64,000 bases of DNA from Octopus sinensis (GCF_006345805.1 NW_021834204.1:3675-67674), one strand, 5' to 3'; shown: positions 50,171 through 63,091, numbered from the stretch's first letter. The notes: a model not told the origin generated them from the letters alone. Numbers and translations: made by a program.

Positions 50171-51064
50171 TGTTCAGGTATTTTGTGCCTTTGCTTAGTT
50201 GAAGACCACAATACTTTCCAACGAGACACGGAAATCTATCGTCTTGCGGCATTCTGGATATACATTCTCTCCACTGATTAATCTATTTCTTGACTTCCGT
50301 TTTTCTTTAGGCGTTCTGATCTTGATAATCACATGTTTTAGTTTGTATATCAGGGTCTATATTTTCCATGCCTGCACCCATATATATGGGCATACATATG
50401 TACATACATGCATATATGTGCATGCATGCATACATACAAAAATGACTACTCAGTTGATGTCATCGAAATTCCAAGGAAAGAGTCATACTGTGAACTTGGA
50501 TCTAGTTCTTCATTAATTAAGGTATTGAGGTGTAATTTGAGAGAGATTACGTTACCTACTTCTTGTTAGTCGCTCCTCGATGGCTCCTGCAGATTCTGGC
50601 AATGGTTATAGCAGGGATGCATTCAGAGCGCGATTGTCGCTCTTTCTCTACGCTTAACATTGTTGTTGCGCAACCTTATGAGGCTTAATAAAGCAATTGA
50701 AACTGCCCCTATTTCTCCTTCTTCCTCTGTGTATGTATGCGTGCATTCATGTGTGTGTGTGAGTACGCACGCGTTTGATGTTTGTTCTAGGTGATCGGGA
50801 TATTTTGGGATGCTGTTGTAATAGAATTAGGTATTGTAGATACGTCCGGTTGAATGAAAGGGGTTTTTCGTGTAGGGACTCGGAAAGGTATAATTTGCTG
50901 TAACAATAAACTGTGCTTCCCGCATGTTCACGGAGGTCTTTACTTTATAGTATTTATGTTTCGTTTTATGCGTCAGGGAAAATGGCATAACACAACGGTG
51001 AATCTAACGTACTGTTTGTACTCTGTTGTTGCTTCGTCTGTGGACCAAATGTGGTATCTGTGTG

Positions 51065-51263
51065 TACTCTCTCTCTCTTTTACTCTCTTACTTGTTTCAG
51101 TCATTTGACTGCGGGCAAATCGACCCCGGGACTCATTCTTTGTAAGCCCAGTACTTATTCTATCGGTCTCTTTTGCCGAACCGCTAAGTGACGGGGACGT
51201 AAACACACCAGCACCGGTTGTCAAGCACAGACACACAAACACAGGGACAAACACAGACACACA

Positions 51264-51313
<50 letters not shown>

Positions 51314-51496
51314 GACACACATATACATATATACGACAGGCTTCTTTCAGTTTCCGTCTACCAAATCCACTCACAAAGCTTTGGTCGGTCCGAGGCTATA
51401 GTAGAAGACACTTGCCCTAGATGCCACGCAGTGGGACTGAACCCGGAACCATGTGGTTGGTTAGCAAGCTACTTACCACACAGCCACTCTTGCGCC
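51065..51496 (-). mobile_element. Family B SINE, full length
   Basis: Reverse-complement match to family B head and tail; internal (CA)n. Confidence 0.92.
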
Positions 51497-51599
51497 ACTC
51501 TCAGTATATTTCTTCGTCGTTTCACTTGCTTTACCATTTCTTTTAATGTGGATGTTGTGGAATAATTCTAGAAACTTCTAGTATTTTCTATCTTCTATG

Positions 51600-51960
51600 G
51601 CTCTATGGTATGTTTTATGTTAAGTGTGGAGATTGGCTGTATTTAATGTTCTGTAGTGTTGCTAGTATGTTTGATTTGTTAAATGCTACTTCAAGCCTGT
51701 TATCGGGTGTCCAGGTTTTCAGGTGATTAACGCAGGTTTGGAGTAGATATGATTTCAGCTGCATAAGTAACATAGCTATATGAATATTTTGAAGAGGTAT
51801 GGGAATTCTTACAGGTAGGTAAATGTTGAAAAGAAACAAAGGTGAGATTACTTTGAGGTTTGCAATTCGGGAAATAACATATTTTGGAAATATTGTTTTA
51901 GGTTTACATAGGCTAGGATACCTCACAGGTAATTTTTTAGCCAATATTTTGTTATATTTC
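51600..51960 (-). mobile_element. Possible decayed Penelope post-RT linker
   Basis: ORF 51615..51944 has IFPKYVISR, IYLPVRIP and TWTPDNRLEVAFNKSN, weakly like PLE GYP..FI.R / YL.LPY / L.V.F motifs. Confidence 0.3.
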
Positions 51961-52101
51961 TTAAATTGTCGATTGTTTTGTATATAGTTGATAGCGGTGT
52001 ATGTAGTCGTAGGCTTTTCTGATGTAGTTAGAGGTTAGTATGTGCGTTTGAGATTTGGTTGATGTTTAAACCATAACCTATTCCCACCCTCACACACGAT
52101 A

Positions 52102-52490
52102 GGCGCAGGAGTGGCTGTGTGGTAAGTAGCTTGCTAACCAACCACATGGTTCCGGGTTCAATCCCACTGCGTGGCACCTTGGGCAAGTGTCTTCTGCTAT
52201 AGCCCCGAGCCGACCAATGCCTTGTGAGTGGATTTGGTAGACGGAAACTGAAAGAAGCCTGTCGTATATATGTATATATATATGTATGTGTTTGTCTCCC
52301 TAGCATTGCTTCACAACCGATGCTGGTGTGTTTACGTCCCCGTCACTTAGCGTTTCGGCAAAAGAGACCGATAGAATAAGTACTGGGCTTGCAAAAGAAT
52401 AAGTCCCGGGGTCGAGTTGCTCGACTAAAAGGCGGTGCTCCAGCATGGCCGCAGTCAAATGACTGAAACAAGTAAAAGAGAGTAAAGAGA
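52102..52490 (+). mobile_element. Family B SINE, full length
   Basis: GGCGCAGGAGTGGCTGTGTGG to GACTGAAACAAGTAAAAGAG; near-identical to 16039-16455. Confidence 0.94.
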
Positions 52491-52739
52491 GCTATTCCCC
52501 AGCATTACTTCAAGTCAGGCAAAAAATAATAATGTCCAGTAGCACTGTCACCTTGCTGAATTTTACGTCTCTGAAACGATTATACAGCTCACTCTGTGTA
52601 CTTATTAACAGTAAGAGGAACTGTAAAAATGAAGTAATGAAATGTATTGTGAAAATATGAAATAGATACCGATGCATTAAAGTTGTTTGTTTTTTATTCG
52701 CTCACTTTTCCTGACGATCAGCCCAGAAAATATTCCAGT

Positions 52740-53150
52740 TACCAGTAATTTCTAATTCTATACAAAGATCAAGTTAGATTTGCAATGCAATACTGCTACG
52801 ACACACAGAGACAGATTAGATCGCATTCTTAAAAATTCTGTCAGACTCTACTGACATGAAATCACTCATCAACACAGCTCAAATACTAGACCAAAGATGT
52901 ATTGTCTCCTCCTGTCTTTTCTACTGTTACTATAATGGTCTCTGCTCCCCGGAACTTGCTGGTTTCGTACCACATCCATTAAAGCCATTCCAACTCACAC
53001 ATGACTTCTCTTATCATTCATATTATGTGCACACTCCTAGTTGTAACTTCCCAGACATTAGACTCCTGAAATTTCCTCACTACCCATTTTCTTTTTTTCC
53101 ACAACTGTTTAAGGAAAAACATTAACAGCGTCGATCTCTTTCAGAGGACA
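52740..53150 (+). mobile_element. Decayed CR1-group LINE ORF2 C-terminus
   Basis: LILYKDQVRFAMQYC, RLDRILKNSVRL, SSCLFYCYYNGLCSPELAGFVP and SFFPQL match the recalled CR1 motifs LYKAQVRP.MEYC / LLDRVQKKAIRL / SLFYRYY.G.CS.EL...P / SFFP. Confidence 0.75.
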
Positions 53151-53551
53151 CAGACTATTTCTCCAGAGAAAATCATTAATCCAAGCCCTTCTACTTATAA
53201 AACCTAGATGAGTCCCGACTCCCGTTTCTAATCTTTTCCTGAAACTACTGTTTGCAGATTAAACTACAATCTATAATCGACTGGTTAAAATTCAGTCAAA
53301 CAGTTGATGAAATAATCACAATACGTGAGTTAAATCTAAATATATTTGCAACCTAAATATATTTCGGGCAGCCTTCAATTCTTTCCATCCAAGGATATTA
53401 TTAATCCAATATTCGTTATGCTCTTATTTCTAGCCTTATCTACTTCGAATTTCACCGTGAAAAATGATTTATTTGATATCTTCTGAAGGTGTAAACAATG
53501 CATTTCTCATTGGCAAGAACAAAGCTTCTAAAGATGGAGAAAATTCGAAAT

Positions 53552-53620
53552 GTTACTGTGCATAATGGTAGCACGTCTGTCATGTACACAAAAGATGTGG
53601 GTTCGTGTCCCACGGGCACC
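53552..53620 (+). pseudogene. tRNA-Val(TAC)-like pseudogene or SINE head
   Basis: TAATGGTAGCACGTCTG (D-arm region), TAC at the anticodon position, perfect T-arm GTGGG-TTCGTGT-CCCAC; acceptor stem badly mispaired. Confidence 0.6.
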
Positions 53621-53668
53621 CTTCGACTTTTTCCATCAAAGGTATTTTTAAAACAATATTCTATATTA

Positions 53669-54126
53669 GACGTAAGCACATTTCAAATTTCATCCCATTC
53701 CAGCCCTAATCATACTCAAAATCTAAATACATTTCAGATCTAAGCATATTCTCAATCAAGACATATTATAAATCTATGTACATCCTAAATCTAAACTTAT
53801 TCAAATTTAAACATTCTCTAGTTCTAAATACACTCCAAATCTAAACACATTCTGAATGTAACTATATTCCAAATCTCAACACATTTCTAATCTAAACATA
53901 TTGAAATCTAAACACATTTCAAATTTAAACGCATTCCAACTCTAAGCATATTTAAAATCTAATCATGTTTCGAATCTAAACGTATTTCGAATTTAAACAT
54001 ATTTCAGAACTATACACATTTCAAATTCATACAAATTTTAGTTCTAAATACTTTTCAAACGTAAGCACATTCCAAACCTAAACACATTTCTAATTTAAAC
54101 ATATTTCAAATTTAAACGTTATTTCA
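53669..54126. repeat. 17 bp minisatellite, about 27 diverged units
   Basis: Consensus AATCTAAACACATTTCA by manual phasing. Confidence 0.9.
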
Positions 54127-54649
54127 TTTCCTGAGAAAAATTTCTCAAGAACCAGACCCTCAGTTTCAAAGCCCCTTCATCACGAGACAACGAGGGTACC
54201 TATAAATAATCACTCTTTCTCTTAAAAATAGCAGTTAACTTCCCCTTAAACTGCAACTCAACATCTTAAAAAACAGAAGGAGATTTCGGTTAGTGTAGTA
54301 CTAAATAGATTGTTTGAAATTATAAGGAGTTGAAATGGCCGAAATGTGCTAGATCATATGGGACCTAAACAGTCCTGGAGTTAAACAACAACAATAATAT
54401 TGAGTTTATACACACCCAGTTCTTCCTTCTTTTTTTCTGATATTAGCATCAATCCATCCTATTTTACAGTGATACATTGTGTATGTCTGTTCGATAGAAA
54501 TTCCGTTCTCCCTGTCTTTATGCATGTATTTATGTCTGGCTTTCGGTTAGATTAGGTGTCGGCGATGATACATTTGCAAACCTGTTTATCAACGACCCGA
54601 AGTTAATCAGGGATATTTAGTGATACAAATAACAATATACTGACAGATT

Positions 54650-54665
54650 TTTAAGATACACACAA

Positions 54666-54696
<31 letters not shown>

Positions 54697-54702
54697 CATA
54701 CA

Positions 54703-54737
<35 letters not shown>

Positions 54738-54932
54738 GCATATATATATGCATAAACATATATACAAATATATATACACAGACATATATATATATACATA
54801 TATACAAATATATATACATAAATACAATACACACACACACACATATATATATAAATACATGCATACACTATGTATACATATATACATATTCATACAATAT
54901 ATATACACACACACACATATATATATATAGGT

Positions 54933-54980
<48 letters not shown>

Positions 54981-55235
54981 TATACATATATATATATATA
55001 CATATATATGTGTGGGTGTTTGTGTGTGTGTTGTATTTGCATATATATGTTTGTATTATAATATATAATATATATATATATATATATATCTATATATATA
55101 TATATATATACATAATATATATACATATATATATATATATATACATACGTATATATACATACAAATATATATATATATGCTTGTATGGATATATGTATAA
55201 TATGTGAGTGTGTATGTGCGTGTGCATGTGTGTGT
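54650..55235. repeat. (CA)/(TA)/(CATA) microsatellite tract
   Basis: Directly visible simple repeats. Confidence 0.95.
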
Positions 55236-55599
55236 ACATATTTTCTATTGTTACCATCTTAGTTTTTGAGTTTCTTACCAACGGAAAGAGATTTAGTTCC
55301 TAGTTTAGAGACAAGGCTCTTTCATGGGAATTTCGACAACATCAACACATGCATGTATATATGCACACATATGCATGTGTGTCCATATGTATATTCATAC
55401 ATATGAGTACAGACATGAATGTCATTTTATATTTCAGATTACTCATGAGTTTCGGCTGTGATATTTTCATTTGAAATTCAGCCTTGAAATTTTGTTAGCA
55501 TCGGATGAAAAGTAATTTCAACTTTATGTCCATAATTTTTCTCTGTCTCAAGATCATTATGTCTGCTCTGTTTAGCTTGCATTTTATTGAAGATTTGAC

Positions 55600-57505
55600 A
55601 GGAACATTCCAGACATTATTTTTTCATATGCGACATTATTTCCTCTATATCACTGTAGCTTCTTATATTGCGCTGAAAAAACACTTTCTGAAACTTCGAT
55701 CTGACCCCAACCTGACATCCCCCCACACTGCTTCGTCTGGTCGAACTTGTTTTCTTCCTCAACTGCTTCTCGTTCGTGGGAGAGTTTTTCCAATAAGTCT
55801 CGGGAGTGACCACGGAAACGAGAATAGGACCCCAACTATGCGAACATGTTTGTTGACTACGTTGAGGCCCAAATATTCTCACAATTCATTAGTCCCACTC
55901 CCGAACTATACAGTCATTATATTGATGAATATATCGACGCGACCTCACTTTCCTGCGAGCAACTAGAATCCTTAATCCCTTTAATCTAATCCTTCTATCC
56001 TACCCTCTAATTCTCCTGCACTATCTCTAACTCTTCCGTCAAATTTCTCGACATTTCTATCAGAATACACCACTCCGCTTTCACTAACTCCATCCACTAC
56101 AAACACACTGACTAACACTCCTGCCTTAACTGTTCTTCCTCCCACTCTACCCACACCAAGCTCTCCGTCCCCTACTCACAATTCCCTCGTCTGCGCAGGT
56201 TCTGCGGTGAAAACCATGACTTTGAGGGTCACTCTCAACTCATGGCTCGCCACTTCCTCCTTCATGGATATCCTCTCAACACTATCCACACTGCCCTTGC
56301 CAGGGCACGATCTGTGGACCGAGCCTCTGCTCTTTCTCCTCGCACCCGCCCCGCCGTTGCTCGCCTAACCTACCACCCCTCCAACCTGCCCATTCCAACG
56401 CACCATGCTCCGAGCCTTCCGGCGACTCCTGCCCGAACACTCCACCTTGCACATCTTCCCTCCTTCAAATGAGCTCATAACCTGCGTGACCTCCTGGTCT
56501 ACAGTTTCTTCTCTAACCCCATCTCCCAGCCTGGCTCGTTCTCTTGTCTCCGCCCACGCTGTCGCACCTGCCACTACCTCTCCAACACTACCATCCTCAC
56601 AGGCATCCACTATCGTCCCTATTTGATCACCGACTCATCTACCTGTACTTCTAGTAGCGTCATTTACTGCACCTCTTTCTCTCTCTGCCCTTCCTTTTAC
56701 ACCGGTCAAGCGGCGTCTCGCTTGACTGACCGGTTCGCTGAGCACTTCCGAGACATCAGACTTGGTAATAACACCCCGGTCTCCCGCCGTTTCTGCTCTA
56801 CCGTTCATTCGCTACAACATGTTTCTGTGTCTGTGCACAGGGGCCATCCGTACTCCCGCCTTCGCCTTGAACAAGCATTAATCTTCTCTCTTCGCTCCTT
56901 TGAGCCAATTGGACTCAACACACCTCCTCTCTTCATCTGAAACCGACCTCACCTCTTCTCTTCATTTGATACCAACCCGACACCACTACACACACACTAG
57001 CACTGACTACTTTTCAGCACCCACACCACACACAGTCATCCAAACACTCACACACAATCTTCAATAGCGTCACCATACATACCACAAGCACTGTTTAACT
57101 CAATACACACACCACAGAGCAACTATCACACTCCCACACCCACACAATCACATAATACCTGAACACAGACAATATATATTCCCCCATAATCACATAATAC
57201 CTCGACAAAGGTTATATATACATACACACGCAACACGCATTAACACACGCAGCATACATAGACAAAGATAACTTCGCCTACATATATACACCATCCACAT
57301 GCACACTATTTGGTCACAGACACACATACACCTGTGCACACACCACGTAAAAAATTACGCAACTACTACACAATACACACACACACGTCAGAGTCACTCG
57401 CCCATATTCACACATACACACCCACGCTCACACACACCATTCTCGCACACACACTCACACACGCGCACCTTCACTATCACTTTATCATCTCCCTTTCAAT
57501 CAACC

Positions 57506-57549
<44 letters not shown>

Positions 57550-57790
57550 TATTATTATTATTATTATTATTATCTCCCTTTCTTTTTCCACCTCTTTTTT
57601 CCATTCATTCGTCGTGGTGGACCGCTAAAATTTACAAGTTATTTTTTTTTCATTCGTTCTCTGTTTAATTTCTCTTATTCCTTTCTGTTGAAATCTGGTC
57701 TATTAAAGACTTTCCCGCGCGTCAAACTATTACACCTGCTTGTTGTTCATACACATTTCTTCGTCTTTTGTTTTTCTATAAATTTTAACT
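55600..57790 (+). mobile_element. Penelope-like element (Neptune-like): RT, Cys-rich linker, GIY-YIG endonuclease, 3' terminal repeat; disrupted
   Basis: LLRLVELVFFLNCFSF, IGPNYANMFV, LYSHYIDE (YIDD-like), VKFLDI, SVPYSQF.RLRRFC, HGYP, CLRPRCRTC, SSVIYC...YTGQ...RLTDRFAEH, LEQALIFSLRSFEPIGLN* (ends 56940); CA-rich 3' region; pLTR-like end before (TA)n. Confidence 0.93.
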
Positions 57791-57811
57791 ATATATATAT
57801 ATATATATATA

Positions 57812-57967
57812 TCACGGGTTTCTTTCAGTTTCTGTCTACCAAATCCACTCACAAGGCTTTGGTCGGCCCGAGGCTTTAGTAGAAGACATTTGACCGAGGT
57901 GCCACACAGTAGGACTGAACCTGGAACCATGTGGTTGGGAAGCAAGCTTCTTGCCACACAGCCACGC
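57812..57967 (-). mobile_element. Family B SINE 5' half
   Basis: TTCTTTCAGTTTC.GTCTACCAAATCCACTCACAAGG...CCACACAGCCACGCC. Confidence 0.88.
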
Positions 57968-58001
57968 CTTACCTACGTACATACATACATACATACATAC
58001 A

Positions 58002-58037
<36 letters not shown>

Positions 58038-58077
58038 TATATGTATATATGTATATGTATATATGCATATATGTATA

Positions 58078-58477
58078 TCTTTATATATAAAAGTGAAGTT
58101 GTGTGCTGTCTGTCTCCTACGATTTAGATTCCTAACTACTCCCACATTTTGCGGTGCAGTTTAACCAAAACCGGGTATCTTATAGTCGTGATTCATATCG
58201 AGCCCTTCTGGGTATTAGCGCGCGTCTACGATGAGTCTACGATTTTAAAAATAATTTACCATCATGTTTTTCCATTTTAATGCATTTTTTCGCTATTATA
58301 TAAGGGAAGTAACTCTCTAAAAATGTCTACGATGAGTCAACGATTTAAAAAAAATTTACCATCATTTTTTTTCCATTTCTAATGCATTTTTTTGTTATTT
58401 TTTGGCTATAACTCTCTAAAAATGCGTATATAGTTATTTCCCTTACAAACCCGAGCAACGCCGGGCGATACTGCTAG
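58078..58477 (+). mobile_element. Non-autonomous Helitron, copy 2
   Basis: A|TCTTTATATA...CCCGAGCAACGCCGGGCGATACTGCTAG|T; shares both ends with 4553-5065. Confidence 0.88.
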
Positions 58478-58486
58478 TTTATATAT

Positions 58487-58719
58487 AAATTATAATTAAG
58501 AGTATCTAAAAGATACCACCTCGCTGGAGATAGCATTCAAAACTTGACTCTAAAACCACATCAAGTATTCATACAGCACCAGGAGAAAAGACAAAGAGAC
58601 AAATAAACTAGCAAAACTTATTGGATATTTTTTGCTAGTTTATTTGTCTATTTGTCTTTTCTCCTGGTGCTGTATGAATACTTGATGTGGTGTCTTTTAG
58701 ATCTCCTTAATTATAATTT
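58487..58719. repeat. Long foldback (62 bp inner arms, 13 nt loop, about 31 bp outer arms)
   Basis: 58555-58616 pairs with 58630-58691 with one mismatch; 58487-58517 pairs imperfectly with 58689-58719. Confidence 0.95.
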
Positions 58720-58784
58720 TAATAATAATTACCTATAAGGTAATTGATATGATCGATATTTTAAATAACGATCTTATCGTCACA

Positions 58785-58820
58785 CACACACACACACACA
58801 TATATATAGCATATATATAT

Positions 58821-58880
<60 letters not shown>

Positions 58881-58983
58881 GCTATATATATATGCATATA
58901 TATATATATGTATACATTCACACATATATATAATATATATACATTTATACATACATACATACATACATACGTACATACATACG

Positions 58984-59024
<41 letters not shown>

Positions 59025-59310
59025 TATATATAAATTATAAATTATATATATATATATATAGATGTACGTGTACATATGCTTATGTATATATACAGAGTAA
59101 AAGAGAGTGAAAGAGTAAAAGGGAGAGAGAAAGAGAGAGACAGAGAAAGAGAGAGAGACAGGTAGGTGGACAGAGATATAGAAAAAATGAGTGAAGTGGA
59201 TACAAAGGTAGCAAATTAAAAGCAAGAGAAAGGGAGAGAGAGAGAGAGTGAAAGAGAGAGAGATAGAGAGAGAGTGAGAGAGAGAGAGAGAGAGGGGGGG
59301 GAGAGAGAGA
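58785..59310. repeat. (CA)/(TA)/(CATA)/(GA) microsatellite tract
   Basis: Directly visible simple repeats. Confidence 0.93.
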
Positions 59311-60804
59311 AATGACGACTGGAACAGAACGTTAAGTATAAAAGATTAAAAGAGCTGCATATGTAACGAAATGTTTGTCCGTCAGAAAAACAAACACTCA
59401 AAATCATGGCATGTCTTTAACTGTTTTTATCAAGAACACACACCTAAGATACCGTTGATCTAATGAGGGCGCCTCGACCAGGTCGTATAGCAGGCTAAAC
59501 GTTGCCAACAAAACCCTTCTCATACTACATCTTAATACAACGGTTTGTAAATGGTCTGACGCATATGATTTTTTAAAAACATTATGTATGGCTTTTGAAC
59601 ATTTCATATTAATGCTTTAGCATCATGAAAACAGGTAATCATATTTTTTTCTATACATACGTATTATTAATAAAACAAAGGAAGCAATGGTTTTCTATCG
59701 TTTTTACTAAACTTTTCATTTTACAACATAGCTTTTTTAAAATAACTTTCCGTGCAAAATATTTTTTTCAATTTGATTTATAGTGTACAACGAAATGAAA
59801 AACATTGAGACTCACTGCTCTGTCTTCTTCAAATATTGCATTAAAATATCTTAGATATATTATGCATATTATGCTAGAAAGAAATGAGATGGAATGATTT
59901 CGACTGGAATATCATTGAGCAGAAATTTATTGAGTCGCGAATGAGCAACGACATCAAAAGTTACAGCTCAAACAAGATGTAATCTTCATATTTGCTATGG
60001 AACGCTGATTTTGATAATCTTTGATGATCATTCCTGGTGACCCTATATGCATAATATAGTGACCAACCTTTCCCTTCAGAAGTCACATAACCCAGCTCTG
60101 ATCTCTCGGTGGAGTTCGTAAAAGATCCACGATGAATTATTACGGTTCCTTTATTAGGATAGGAGCCGCTGCTATGCACACACATATTCTTGAACGCTAT
60201 GATTAGACTAATTGGGAAAATACGAACTCTCTAAAACCTCTAATGTCTTGTCTTCTACTTTTACCACCATTGACTCCACTCCTCAGGTTTATTACTTACT
60301 TGCATGTCTTATTAGATTTTTGAGGCGAGGTTTTCATTTTGGAGAATTGAAAAAGTTCATTCCCTTTTAGGGATATATGGGTTTCCTTCTTTTTTTTTTT
60401 TTTGGTAGGTGGACTTTTAGTATCTTATTTGTGAACACCTTGGGTAATTTTTTCAGTAATTGTACTTCTCTAGCTCTCTTCGATGACCGCTAACCTGTAC
60501 TTAGTCCTTATCTCGTCATCGCAAGAAGATGAGGTGGAAATGTTCAGAGCCTTTGACCTGCGTCTGTGCTGGAAGAGAAAACCTTTGGCCTTCCCAATTT
60601 CTTACCTCGCCATAATCTGATAACGGTAGGGATGAAAGTGAAACGACAATGTTGGACTACACCAGTTTTTTTTTCTGGATTTCGAGCACTGGTGCCACAG
60701 TTTAGTGTTCTACAGCTTACAAAGCCTTTAATGTAATAATATCGCTATAGGCAAGCAAACATCTGACGATAAAAACAAGTTGTTATAAGGCAGACGAGAT
60801 GATG

Positions 60805-61421
60805 CAAAGACCCGTATAACTATAGAGATTAATAACTGATCTACAAAGACACAGCCCAAAATGAGTTAAGTCTTTGGAGGAGGAAGAAGAAGAAGAAGGA
60901 AGAAAGGTGAGAAAAACATATGAATCGACTGTCAGGAAACTTTTACTAGAGTTTCTTATTTACTATTCTAATAGAGTTCTCATGAATAATGCAGCCCGAA
61001 TAATATGCAGGCACTTTAAACACGTTATGAGTAAATAGCAATTGATTCTGTAAATACAAAGATAGATATATATAAAAATTACCCTATCCCTGTTAGAAGA
61101 GAAATGTTTCAAGGTGACACTTCTCTCCATTCTGGTTTTGTCTGGTGCTGCTACCTTTCGCCAATATCTCGAACCAAACAGGATACAAATGCTATAAGAG
61201 GACAAAAAGTTACCATTTCAATGTAGATGACCACATGTTCTATATTGCAGATGCTACACAACTAGAAGCAATGCTTCAGAGCATACATGGATTTGGTACA
61301 GGAAATGATATGAAATGCGTCCTGACAACTTTGGGAAAAGGAAAATTAAATATTGAACACTTCCAAGGCCCATTGAGCTTCACTCCGTAGTACAGTGAGG
61401 GCACACAATAAAAATAAGCTA

Positions 61422-61425
<4 letters not shown>
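60805..61425 (+). mobile_element. Old, internally deleted R4/Dong copy (RT core fused to 3' UTR), (TAA)n tail
   Basis: KDPYNYR, IDCQETF, IPVRREMFQGDT, SPFWFCL, GYKCY, HFNVDD...QLEAMLQSIHGF...KGKL align to the RT at 22065-22800; 61345-61425 aligns to the 3' UTR at 24160-24226. Confidence 0.85.
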
Positions 61426-61477
<52 letters not shown>

Positions 61478-61612
61478 TGATGATGATGATGATGATAGTA
61501 GTAGTAGCAGAAGCAGCAGCAGTAGAAGTAGTAGTGGTGGCGATAGTAGTAGTAATGATGGTGATGGTGGTGGTGGTGATGGTGATTGTAGTAGTAGTAG
61601 TAGTATTAGTAG
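61426..61612. repeat. (AAT)/(GAT)/(AGC)/(GGT)/(AGT) microsatellite
   Basis: Directly visible simple repeats. Confidence 0.93.
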
Positions 61613-61639
61613 TTTCAAATTTTTATCACAACCGTTTCA

Positions 61640-61800
61640 AGGAGACGGGTTTCTCGATTACATCGACTCCTGTAATTGACGAGTACTTTAATCTATCGAG
61701 CCCGGATAGATGAAAGCCAAAGTTGACTTCGATGGGAATTGAACTTATAATGTAAGCAGTCAAAGGATATAACGCTAAGCACTTTGTTTGACGCTCTAAC
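61640..61800 (-). mobile_element. Degenerate family A SINE
   Basis: TCGATTACATCGAC...GATGAAAGCCAAAGTTGAC...GAATTGAACT...GCTAAGCAC. Confidence 0.72.
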
Positions 61801-62924
61801 GATTCTGCGACGACGACGCCGACGACACCACCGTCGCCGATGACAACGACGCCAATGACGACGAAGCCTAGTTTAGGTATAAGGCCAGAAATTTTATGGA
61901 GGTGGAGATTAGTTGATTACTTACTCTCCAGTCCTTCACTCGTACTTGAAGAGACAGATTCTGCAAAAAAAAAAAAAAAAAAATTAAAAAGGCACAGTTA
62001 GCTTCGGCACGATTTGAACTTAAAACACGGAACAAATACCACACAACATTTTGTCCGACGTTTTATAATTGATGATGACAATGATGATGATGATGAGGAG
62101 GATCTCATAAACGCTGACAATTTGTGATGATACAGATTACGGCAGCGATGATGATGGTGATGACCGTGTTGATGACACGACTGTTGTAAAGCGATCGTGA
62201 AGATGAAACTTCTGTGATTATTGAACGAGACCAATGTCCTGATCTCCCTAACATAGACCAGATTTCAATTATCATCGCTACACCACTCCTTAAGTCCCTG
62301 TGCACGGCAGCAAGGACAATTGACCGTGAGGTGGTGGTGCACAAAAGTGACTGCATGGCGTCTACTGTATGTTGTCTGATGTGATGTGTGCAATGTAAGA
62401 ACCTGATGTCTCCTGTGTGTTTCTGGCTCGTGTCGGAGGTGTGTCTGACACTGTACGTGCTGGTGTTAGAGTGTACATGACTGTGTTCACAAAGCAGTTA
62501 TATATATATATATATATTTCCGTGGTGGTTTGGGGATGGGCAAGCATAAGAAAATAAAGAATGAAAAAAAATGCAAGCAAAAGTATAAAAAGCGATCACA
62601 AATAATAAACAAACAGCGGAACACCACGTCCAAACAAATAAAACTCAATTACTTAAGAAGGGAAGAGTAAAAATAGAAAAACAAAATGAACAAAATTGTT
62701 CCTCCATCAATCCAACTATCCGTCTATCTAGCAAGCCTACGAAACATCCAGCCAGCCAGCCAGTCAGCCAGCCAGCTAACCAACAGGCCAGCCTGAAAAC
62801 CGGCCAGTCATTCATTGGACGTTCTCGTTCGTTCGTTCGTTCGTTCCTTCCTTCATTCATGCATTCATGTCATTCATTTATCCATCAACTTACCGATCCA
62901 GCAATAGAAAGAAGTATAAGTGCT

Positions 62925-63007
62925 ACGTATATATATATACATACATACATAAATACATACATACATACATACATACATACATACATACATACATACATAC
63001 ATACTTG

Positions 63008-63091
<84 letters not shown>

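Noticed and set aside
53669-54126. CRISPR-like periodicity here, and in the SINE arrays and Dong triplet
   Set aside because: No constant repeat with unique spacers and no cas genes; these are a diverged minisatellite and retroposon tandems in eukaryotic DNA.
55505-55966. 153 aa ORF as a host gene
   Set aside because: It is a frame-hopping read through the disrupted Penelope RT.
59961-60185. 74 aa minus-strand ORF with ordinary composition
   Set aside because: No recognisable domain and no convincing splice or promoter context; ORFs of this length occur by chance.
62200-62480. Complex GC-balanced stretch with Cys-rich readings
   Set aside because: No consistent frame, domain or splice signals identified.
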